This document shows, piece by piece, positions 55,816 to 63,255 of a stretch of DNA of 64,000 bases. Both the position numbers and the translations under genes were made by a program. Source of the DNA: Acidobacteriota bacterium. GTDB lineage: Bacteria; Acidobacteriota; Terriglobia; Terriglobales; Acidobacteriaceae. The stretch lies in assembly GCA_046723715.1 (NCBI GenBank), contig JBKOUZ010000042.1, forward strand, positions 11,656-75,655, in the 5' to 3' direction. Position 1 is the first letter of the stretch; each line of letters starts with the position of its first letter. The notes beneath the pieces are model-generated. The model was not told the DNA's origin, searched no databases, and worked only from the letters and a program-made list of their open reading frames with translations.

Positions 55816-56052
55816 CTACTGCGATCCCGCAGCTTTCGCCGTAACCTTCGGCTTGCGCTTTGGCTGCGGCTCCATCTCGCTCGACTTCTCTTCCATCCAC
55901 TGGTCCAGCTTCGATTTCTTGAAGCGCCAGCGATTGCCCAGTTTGAACGCGGGAATCTTCTGTTCGCCCACGTACTTGTACAAAGTGTCGGGACTTACGC
56001 CCAGGTACTGCGACGCCTGGCGAATGTTCATCACTTCTCGCGAGTCGGCCAT
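55816..56052 (-). CDS. Excisionase-family (HTH_17-like) DNA-binding protein with basic tail
   Basis: ATG at 56050-56052 follows AAGGAA. MNIRQASQYLGVSPDTLYKYVGEQKIPAFKLGNRWRFKKSKLDQWM. It lies 106 nt upstream of pilM. Confidence 0.7.
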   Translation of the reverse strand: MADSREVMNIRQASQYLGVSPDTLYKYVGEQKIPAFKLGNRWRFKKSKLDQWMEEKSSEMEPQPKRKPKVTAKAAGSQ

Positions 56053-56424
56053 AGTTCCTTTACGTTTTCCACTGAACCAGCCCGCTCTGCGTTCTGCCGT
56101 CGCGGGCTTCCGTAGGGGAGACTTCCTGCCCTGTCTATCGGCATCGAGGGCTTTCGGTGTCCAGAGCATATATCAACCCTGAAAAACCAAGGCCCGGAGC
56201 GAATCTCCGTGTTTTGCCGCGTTTTTCACCTGTTTTCTGGAACCCGGATGAAAACGCTGGGGGGCGCTTTACCAGATGTTGTGTAGGCATGCAGTAGCAC
56301 TACTATTACGTGGATACCCTGTGCAGGACGCGATGCGTTATGTCCACATCGGTAACTGAAGTACTAGGCACGGTACGGAGGTGCTATATCCGTCGCTCAA
56401 ACCGTTGTTTCGATGGCGCTTTGC

Positions 56425-56466
56425 TCTCAAAACATAAGCCGGCGCATGCCTGAAAGCACGCGCCGG
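56425..56466 (-). terminator. Intrinsic terminator after the Gln-rich protein gene
   Basis: On the minus strand: CCGGCGCGTGC-tttcag-GCATGCGCCGG (one G-U pair) followed by CTTATGTTTTG. Confidence 0.7.
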
Positions 56467-56484
56467 CACGTCCTCGTTACTTTC

Positions 56485-57702
56485 TCACTTCGTGGCTGGG
56501 GCAGTCGTTGCTGCGACGGGCGTTTTCTTGACTGGAGTGGTCGGCTTAGCGGCGGCCACGGCCGCGGGCTTCGCTGGAACAATCGCCGCAGGCTTGGACG
56601 GAACAACGGTTGCCGGCTTCGCTGTTGCAACCGGCGACTTGAGCGCTGCTGGAACCATCGCCCCTCTGGCCGACATTGTAGCTGTCGGCTGCCCATTGAT
56701 ACGCGGCTGGGCTGCTGGCATGGCACCAGGCCTCACTGGGGCCGCAACACCAGTGCGAGCAGCAACGTTGCCGGCGGGCGCGGCTCCAATCGCAGCACCC
56801 TTCCCGCCTGCCACATAGTTATTCGCGGGGACGCCAGCTCCACCGGAGGGCATCGCAGCGCCGAGGGTGGTGGGCGACAGGCTGGGGAAGTTTAAATTAT
56901 ACTGCCGCACCGGAATCGCCATGGCGCCGTTCTGCGCCTGCAGTTCGTCGATGGTCAGATTGTAGGTGAAGCCAGTGCCGATCGGACTGTCGTTGCCTCT
57001 GGCTCGCGCCACAGAGAACATTGCGCTGCCCGTCTGTCCGGGAGCGAGAACGAATTGCGAGTCGGTCTGGTTGCCCCGGTCGATGCCCATGCCCTGCAGT
57101 TCGCCAGGATTGCCCCCTGCGCCCTGATAGCTGTTGCCATTGTTGTCGATCATCACCATCGACCCCTCGCGGTAGGCAATGATCAACGGCTGGTTCGAGG
57201 AGTTGCGGAACTGCACGTTCATGCGAATGATGTGCCAGTATCCCTGCTGGCTCATCGTCATCTGTGACACGTTCGCTTGAAATGGCCCGGCATCGAAGCA
57301 GCTTGGGCCGCACGAGCCGGAGCTGACGTTTGCGGCTCCTTGTCCGGAACCCATCTGCTGAACGCCCTGTTGCTGGACGCCCTGCGTCATTTGCTGAATC
57401 CCCTGCTGCGCCCCTTCCATGCTCTGCTGTGCCCCTTGGATACCTTGCTGTGCGCCCTGCTGGACGCCCTGTTGAGTCTGCTGCACTCCTTGCTGCGCCG
57501 TGCTGAGTCCCTGAGCCGCCTGCGCTGCCTGCTTGAGGCGCTGCCATGCGCTCACTTTCTTCGCCGGCTGAGCTGGTTGAGCTTGCTGTTGTTGCGCTTG
57601 TTGCTGCTGTGGCGGCTGCTGGCCCGGTTGCGTCTGCGCGAACAAGACTCCCGAAAAAATCGCCATCATGACGAACGCCCGCATTGAATTCCTGGTCCCC
57701 AT
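56485..57702 (-). CDS. Secreted Gln-rich heptad-repeat protein with beta-rich core and Ala/Pro/Lys tail
   Basis: ATG at 57700-57702 follows AAGGAG, with signal peptide MGTRNSMRAFVMMAIFSGVLFAQ. Q-rich region, a globular segment of about 150 aa, and a KPA-repeat tail. Confidence 0.75.
   Translation of the reverse strand: MGTRNSMRAFVMMAIFSGVLFAQTQPGQQPPQQQQAQQQQAQPAQPAKKVSAWQRLKQAAQAAQGLSTAQQGVQQTQQGVQQGAQQGIQGAQQSMEGAQQGIQQMTQGVQQQGVQQMGSGQGAANVSSGSCGPSCFDAGPFQANVSQMTMSQQGYWHIIRMNVQFRNSSNQPLIIAYREGSMVMIDNNGNSYQGAGGNPGELQGMGIDRGNQTDSQFVLAPGQTGSAMFSVARARGNDSPIGTGFTYNLTIDELQAQNGAMAIPVRQYNLNFPSLSPTTLGAAMPSGGAGVPANNYVAGGKGAAIGAAPAGNVAARTGVAAPVRPGAMPAAQPRINGQPTATMSARGAMVPAALKSPVATAKPATVVPSKPAAIVPAKPAAVAAAKPTTPVKKTPVAATTAPATK
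57349..57498. repeat. About seven tandem 21-bp (heptad-coding) repeats inside the Gln-rich gene
   Basis: The encoded units are QQGVQQT / QQGVQQG / AQQGIQG / AQQSMEG / AQQGIQQ / MTQGVQQ / QGVQQMG. Confidence 0.75.
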
Positions 57703-57820
57703 GTTGTTCTCCTTTAGAGCTGAGAATCGATAATTCCGAAATGACGATGCACCTCGTTGAGAGCTCTCTTGGAAACGCAATGGTTCGCGCAGCCAAGCTG
57801 GCCGTATGAGGTGACATCTA

Positions 57821-57957
57821 CAATTGTTTTTCTTGGGCCCGAAATTCTAAGAGAAGAACTGCTGGGGGAGTCTTTGGGGTCCGCATAACACCCCAAATAC
57901 GGCCCACACGTTATCAAAACTCCGGACCATACGCAATTGTTTTTCTGCCTGGGCCCG
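57821..57957. repeat. Direct repeat pair CAATTGTTTTTCT(GCC)TGGGCCCG flanking a 7-bp-stem hairpin
   Basis: Copies at 57821-57841 and 57934-57957; the second has a 3-nt insertion. The hairpin TTTGGGG...CCCCAAA lies at 57873-57897. Confidence 0.75.
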
Positions 57958-58017
57958 CCTTTTCTTTTCCATCGCCCAGCCTTGCGGTAATCTATTCCGT
58001 GCTTCAGGAGAACGAAC

Positions 58018-58446
58018 TTGCGTTATCTCGATCGCTTGCAGCCACTGGCCTTGGTTCTCGTCCGCTTAGCGCTGGGCGTCATTATGGTCGCCCACGGTTA
58101 TCACAAAGTTTTCGGAGGATTACAGCAATTTGCTCACATGGTCGGCAACATGGGGATTCCCGCCTGGCTGGGATATGTGGCCGCATTCACCGAGTTCATC
58201 GGAGGACTGATGATTCTCGCGGGTTTCTTTACCCGACCGGCAGCTTTCGCATTGTGCATTGACGTGGGCGTCGCCATCGCGAAAGTTCACTGGCGCAATG
58301 GTCTGATGGGCGCACCCGACCGCCCCGGTTTTGAATTTCCCCTCGCGCTCGCAGCTCTTGCCTTTGCTTTGATCTTCTTTGGCGCAGGCCCCATTTCGAT
58401 TGACCATGTCTTGCGTGGTGGCGGCAGCGGAATCCGCCGCTCCTGA
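58018..58446 (+). CDS. DoxX-family membrane protein
   Basis: 142 aa. LVRLALGVIMVAHGYHKVFGG is typical of DoxX. TTG start follows AGGAGA. Confidence 0.85.
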   Translation: MRYLDRLQPLALVLVRLALGVIMVAHGYHKVFGGLQQFAHMVGNMGIPAWLGYVAAFTEFIGGLMILAGFFTRPAAFALCIDVGVAIAKVHWRNGLMGAPDRPGFEFPLALAALAFALIFFGAGPISIDHVLRGGGSGIRRS

Positions 58447-58679
58447 AAACCTGCGCTCTTCCAACTTGTTTCTCCGCAACTTCGCTCCACATTGCGGGTT
58501 CATCAAGGCACAACAACAGGATGCACGTGATGGGACAGGCCGGTCGTCCGTTCTCTCGCTGTCAATTTGAATCCGCCCCCCTCAGCAATTATGATGGTGC
58601 ATTCGCGTACCAGCTTGCATCCAAATGGTTTTTTGCTCGCATCTTACGGCCCAGCAAGCATGATCACAGGAGGTTTCCT

Positions 58680-59300
58680 TTGAGAAAGTCCGCCTCACTT
58701 CTTATGCTCCTCGCCTGTTTCGCTCTGCTCCCCAATTTCGCCTCTGCGCAACAGGGTGATGCGATGATCGGTTTTGGCACCCTCATGGCCCCTGGAGCGG
58801 CGGGCTGCAACTTCGATACGGTCAGCGGGATCTTCACCTGTCCCGAAAAAGGGGGGCTATACATGAACCTGGGTGGCGATGTGATCCTGCACAACCGCCT
58901 CGGCTTCGGCTTCGACGCCACCTGGAAGGCAGGCCAGGGAGAGTACGGCGGTAGCGGCGGACAGCCTTATCGTCCCATCCTGTTCGACATCAATGGGATC
59001 TACCAGCCCAAACTGGGCAAGAAAGCCGGCCTTGACCTGATGGCTGGCATCGGATGGCAGACCACTCGCTTCTATGGCTACACACCAACCAGCAACTGCG
59101 TCTATTTTGGCGCCTGCTATCAAAGCTCCAAACATTTCCTGGTGGATTTCGGAGCAGGGGTCCGCTACTACGTCTGGGGACACGTCTTCGTTCGCCCCGA
59201 GGTTCGCTACTACAAGGTCTTCAACAATGATTCGGACTTCACCTCCGGTAACCTTGTCCACGTCGGAGCTTCCATCGGATACACTATCGGTCCAGACTGA
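58680..59300 (+). CDS. Outer-membrane beta-barrel protein (paralog 1)
   Basis: TTG at 58680 lies 6 nt after AGGAGG, with signal peptide MRKSASLLMLLACFALLPNFASAQ. Alternating beta pattern and a C-terminal ...VGASIGYTIG. Confidence 0.75.
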   Translation: MRKSASLLMLLACFALLPNFASAQQGDAMIGFGTLMAPGAAGCNFDTVSGIFTCPEKGGLYMNLGGDVILHNRLGFGFDATWKAGQGEYGGSGGQPYRPILFDINGIYQPKLGKKAGLDLMAGIGWQTTRFYGYTPTSNCVYFGACYQSSKHFLVDFGAGVRYYVWGHVFVRPEVRYYKVFNNDSDFTSGNLVHVGASIGYTIGPD

Positions 59301-59401
59301 ACTGCCGTTGAACTTCGGTTCGTCGTGAAAATAGCCTTCGCTCGTGGCAGGCGTGTACCCGAACCGTTGCTGCTAAGAAAGTCGCGCGCTCAGGGGGTGG
59401 A

Positions 59402-59992
59402 TTGAGAAAGTTAGTCTCGCTCGTCTTTACTGGCGCGCTGCTATGCGCCGCCCAATCTTTCGCCCAGCAGACTGATTTCGCCATCGGCGGCAATACGCTT
59501 TGGTCCTCGCAGAACACGACCGCACAACTGGGTTTTATCCCGCCCCCCGAAAAAGGTGGAGTGTATCCCAGCGTCAGCCTGCAATATATTTCAGCCCGGC
59601 GTCGCGGTCTGAATGCCGAACTTGCCTTTCGCGACAAGAAGGCTATCTATAACTCCTTTCAGCCTTACCGACCTTTTCTCTACGACGTGAACGCCGTCTA
59701 TGCACCCCGCTTCGACAAGAGGACGGGCGGCGATTTCATGGCGGGCATTGGCGCTCAGACCGTTTTGTTCTACAACGAATTTGCTCCTTGCCCGATCAAC
59801 GGCTGCCAGGTCCACGTCAACAGTACACACTTCCTCGTGCACGCCGGGGCCGACGTGAAATATTACTTCTGGAGAAATTTCTTCGCGCGTCCTGAGGCCC
59901 ACTGGTATTACGTAGTCAACAACGTGCAGTTCCATTCCAATAACGTCTTTCGCGTCGGAGTCTCCCTCGGACACACGTTCGGCTCTCGCTAA
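59402..59992 (+). CDS. Outer-membrane beta-barrel protein (paralog 2)
   Basis: TTG start with signal peptide MRKLVSLVFTGALLCAAQSFAQ. It shares QPYRP(I/F)L(F/Y)D(I/V)N(G/A)(I/V)Y and FMAGIG-type blocks with paralog 1. Confidence 0.75.
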   Translation: MRKLVSLVFTGALLCAAQSFAQQTDFAIGGNTLWSSQNTTAQLGFIPPPEKGGVYPSVSLQYISARRRGLNAELAFRDKKAIYNSFQPYRPFLYDVNAVYAPRFDKRTGGDFMAGIGAQTVLFYNEFAPCPINGCQVHVNSTHFLVHAGADVKYYFWRNFFARPEAHWYYVVNNVQFHSNNVFRVGVSLGHTFGSR

Positions 59993-60005
59993 CCGGCAGA
60001 ACTGA

Positions 60006-60626
60006 TTACCTTCCCGACGCCGCTTTCCCGTTCTTCCGGTTTCGCCACCACCACGCTCCCGCAATCACGAGAACGATGATCAGGGCTACTACGTTAAATT
60101 GGTTCAGCCCCTCCTCCAGGCGATCCCAATGGCGCCCGAACAAATATCCTGCGCTGGAGATCACAGTGACCCAAACTACTGCCCCGAGAAAATTGAAGAC
60201 CAGAAACTTTCTCCATGACATCCGCAGCACGCCGGCCATGGGTCCCGCGATGATCCGCATGCCAAAGATGAAACGCGCAAAAAAAACCGTCACAGATCCG
60301 TACTTGGCAAACAGTTCCTCTCCCCGCGAGATGGTTGCGTTTTTGATACGAAAGATTGTCTGGTAGCGGAGCAGCAGCGGACGGCCGCCGTAATAACCAA
60401 GCGCAAATCCGAGATTGTCCCCAAGCGTCGCAGCGATCGTAGCCACCACGATGATCCACGGCAGGCGCAAATCGTGTTCCGAGTAGGCCAGAAAGCTGGC
60501 AAGCAGGAGAATGGTCTCACCCGGCACGGGGATCCCGGCATTCTCCAGCAACAGCGCCCCACCCACCGCCCAATACCCATACTGCACCACCGCATTCCGC
60601 AGCATCTCGAATATGGATTGGGTCAT
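60006..60626 (-). CDS. DedA-family membrane protein
   Basis: 206 aa with ENAGIPVPGETILL and FARFIFGMRIIAGPMAG motifs. Confidence 0.88.
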   Translation of the reverse strand: MTQSIFEMLRNAVVQYGYWAVGGALLLENAGIPVPGETILLLASFLAYSEHDLRLPWIIVVATIAATLGDNLGFALGYYGGRPLLLRYQTIFRIKNATISRGEELFAKYGSVTVFFARFIFGMRIIAGPMAGVLRMSWRKFLVFNFLGAVVWVTVISSAGYLFGRHWDRLEEGLNQFNVVALIIVLVIAGAWWWRNRKNGKAASGR

Positions 60627-60668
60627 GAAGGCTCAGAGAGTTTATGCGGGGACAGCCGCACGCGCGCA

Positions 60669-61583
60669 CTATTGCTTCAGGAAATCAATCAAGGCCTCAT
60701 TGAACTGCTCCGGACACTCTTCATACGGCAAATGTCCAATACCCCGAAATACGACTTTCTTCACGTTGGTGAAATGCCGCGCCAGCGACTCCATGGATGA
60801 TACATACACCGCCGGATCCTTATCTCCCCAGATCAGCAGGGTAGGAACCTCACGCAGCTCAGGCAATAGCTGTTCGAGTTCCTTCATGTCCGCCGTCCAG
60901 GTTTTCACAATGCTCAGCCCATGTTCGAAGAATCCTGGAACTGCGAGTGGAGCTTCGTAGCCCTCCAGGCTATCGCCGGGAATTTTGCTGCGATCGGCGT
61001 ACAGCCGACCGTGACCGTAAGAGAATAGAAACGGCATGCTGGCCACTACCCAGCGAAATCCCGCTGCCCCCAAACGGGTTCCCAGGAAGGGCGCCACCCG
61101 CCTCCCATGGGCCGAAAATGGATTGACGGGACAAACCAGAATCAGACGCCGTACGCGCGCCCCTGCTCCTCGCAGCGATTCTGCCGCCGCACACATGGCA
61201 ACGGCTCCTCCGCGGGATGTCCCCAGCAAATCGAAAGAAGATAGGCCCAGGTTGGCTGCAAACTTCAGAACGCGCACGGCCGTTCCACGCATCGAATGAT
61301 CCAGATCCCTGGGACGGTCCGAAAAGCCCGCCCCCAACTGATCCAGAGCATACACGGTGGCATGGGGCGCCAGCGCCGGAAGTGTGAATCTCCAGGAAAA
61401 CGAATAGGCCAAAAGCCCGTGCAGCAGAATCAGCGGCGGCCCCGTCCCGGTGCGCAGGTAACGCATGCGCGCACCCTCGAAGTCCATCCAGCACTCTTCT
61501 ACCCCATCGGCAGGATTCGGCGTAAACAGCTTTTCCGGCCTTGGCCCACAAAATTCTTGCGCGCCAGTGGACAACCGTTTCAT
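60669..61583 (-). CDS. Alpha/beta-fold hydrolase
   Basis: 304 aa with LILLHGLLAYSFSW, a nucleophile elbow LLGTSRGGAVA, and a C-terminal GHLPYEE. Confidence 0.85.
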   Translation of the reverse strand: MKRLSTGAQEFCGPRPEKLFTPNPADGVEECWMDFEGARMRYLRTGTGPPLILLHGLLAYSFSWRFTLPALAPHATVYALDQLGAGFSDRPRDLDHSMRGTAVRVLKFAANLGLSSFDLLGTSRGGAVAMCAAAESLRGAGARVRRLILVCPVNPFSAHGRRVAPFLGTRLGAAGFRWVVASMPFLFSYGHGRLYADRSKIPGDSLEGYEAPLAVPGFFEHGLSIVKTWTADMKELEQLLPELREVPTLLIWGDKDPAVYVSSMESLARHFTNVKKVVFRGIGHLPYEECPEQFNEALIDFLKQ

Positions 61584-61632
61584 AATGGCCGCACTCTATT
61601 TAAGTGAAACAACGCCTCTGTCGCTTCACTTT

Positions 61633-61659
61633 GGGGAGCCATATGGCTCCCCGTTTTTT
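61633..61659 (+). terminator. Orphan plus-strand intrinsic terminator between two minus-strand genes
   Basis: GGGGAGCC-atat-GGCTCCCC followed by GTTTTTT on the plus strand. In the minus orientation the stem is followed by AAAG, so there is no U-tract. Confidence 0.65.
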
Positions 61660-61729
61660 CGCTTGTTCGTTTGCGGGAGTGCCCGAGGCTCTCGCACTTT
61701 TCGCGAGGGGGCGAACAATTCGAGGCACA

Positions 61730-62974
61730 TCACAGCGAGGCCGAACTCTGAGGTTCAAGGACTGAACTCCCGGACGCGCCCCTCTTCTTCCCTAATAATT
61801 TCTTCAACACCCGAATCCCCTTGTCCACATGCTTCTCTTCCATCAGAAAGGGAGGCAGGAATCGCACGACCGTATCCTGCGTGCTGTTAAACAAAACGCC
61901 CTCAGCCAACCCGGCGTCCACAATCGGGCGCGCCGGAATCTCAAGTTGAATGCCTTGAATAAATCCGCGTCCCCGTACACCCCTGGCTGCCGCCCGCTTT
62001 TCAACCAATTCCTTGAGTTGCTGCTGCAAATATTCGCCGACCTTGTTCACATTCTCGAGGAGTTTTTCTTCTTCCACAATGGCGAGAAACTCAAGCGCCA
62101 CGCGGCAGGCGAGAGGCCCACCTCCGAACGTTGTTCCATGCTGCCCGGCTGAGATCGCCGACGCAAACTCTTCCTTCGCAATGAAAGCCCCGAGGGGAAG
62201 CCCTGCTGCAATCGGCTTGGCGATCGCCACAATGTCGGGCGTGACCCCAAAACTCTGAAATGCAAAAATCGTTCCGGTCCGACCGAGACCACACTGAATC
62301 TCATCGAAAATCAGCGCCGCTCTATGCCGGTCCGCTAACGCCCTGCATTCCCCCAGGAATTCGACCGAACACTCATGAATTCCTCCCTCGCCAAAAATCG
62401 GTTCGAGCACAATAGCGCAGGTGTTGTCACCGACGGCCGCCCGCAATCCTTCCACGTCGTTCTGCTTAACAAATGTCACGTCTTCCAGCAACGGCTCGAA
62501 TCCCTTGCGATGCTTGTCTTGTCCAGTGAGCGAAAGCGCGCCGAATGTCCGTCCGTGATAGGAACCTTCCAGGGCCACCAGCCGCGACTTCGCCTCGCCT
62601 CCGGCACGGTGCCCAGCGAGTCGCGCAAGCTTAATGGAGCCTTCAATCGCCTCTGTGCCGCTGTTCGAGAAGAATGCCCTGCTCAATCCCGACAAGCCGC
62701 ACAGCTTCTCTGCCAATAGTCCCTGATATTCGTGATAATACAGATTGGAAACGTGCACCAACTTCGCTGCCTGATCACGAATTGTCTTTACGATGCGCGG
62801 ATGCGCATGCCCCAGCGCATTCACTCCCAACCCGGAAACAAAATCGAGATAGCGCTTCCCTTCAATGTCATAGAGAAAAACGCCTTTGCCCCGGCTGAGC
62901 ACTACGGGATATCGATTGTAAGTCTGCAGCAGAAATTGCCGCTCACGTTCAGCGATCTGTTCGTATGTATTCAT
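61730..62974 (-). CDS. argD: Acetylornithine / class-III aminotransferase
   Basis: ATG at 62972-62974 (MNTYEQIAERERQFLLQTYNRYPVVLSRGKGVFLYD). SNSGTEAIE, FDEIQCGLGRTG and the PLP-Lys region AIAKPIA. The track ORF is over-extended to 63253. Confidence 0.88.
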   Translation of the reverse strand: MNTYEQIAERERQFLLQTYNRYPVVLSRGKGVFLYDIEGKRYLDFVSGLGVNALGHAHPRIVKTIRDQAAKLVHVSNLYYHEYQGLLAEKLCGLSGLSRAFFSNSGTEAIEGSIKLARLAGHRAGGEAKSRLVALEGSYHGRTFGALSLTGQDKHRKGFEPLLEDVTFVKQNDVEGLRAAVGDNTCAIVLEPIFGEGGIHECSVEFLGECRALADRHRAALIFDEIQCGLGRTGTIFAFQSFGVTPDIVAIAKPIAAGLPLGAFIAKEEFASAISAGQHGTTFGGGPLACRVALEFLAIVEEEKLLENVNKVGEYLQQQLKELVEKRAAARGVRGRGFIQGIQLEIPARPIVDAGLAEGVLFNSTQDTVVRFLPPFLMEEKHVDKGIRVLKKLLGKKRGASGSSVLEPQSSASL

Positions 62975-63255
62975 AGGGACACATAATTTTACCGGAATGC
63001 ACACCTCTTGCCTTCCTATCCCTGACAATTGTCCGAACAAAATGTGCAAATCGGGACTTCCCACGCTTGGCCATGAACCAGGAAAGGCGGAGTGAACCCG
63101 TTCATGCACTTCCCTTATCAGCCGTTTGCCCCGATGATCGCGACAGCTCACATCCGCAAACGTACGCGGGAATCTTGCCCGCCATAACTGTGTGCGTTTG
63201 TCGGCGAGCATCGATTTCGTGCAACGCAACGATTGCTGCAAGGACTCAATCATTC

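Noticed and set aside
53893-55844. Long plus-strand ORFs (53893-54855, 55059-55844)
   Set aside because: They are antisense to pilO, pilN and pilM. Their His/Arg-rich, low-information sequences indicate shadow ORFs.
56897-57817. 306-aa minus-strand ORF in another frame of the Gln-rich gene
   Set aside because: It is an alternative frame of a repeat-rich gene. The frame starting at 57702 has an RBS, a signal peptide and a coherent domain layout, whereas this frame is Arg/Ala/Gly noise.
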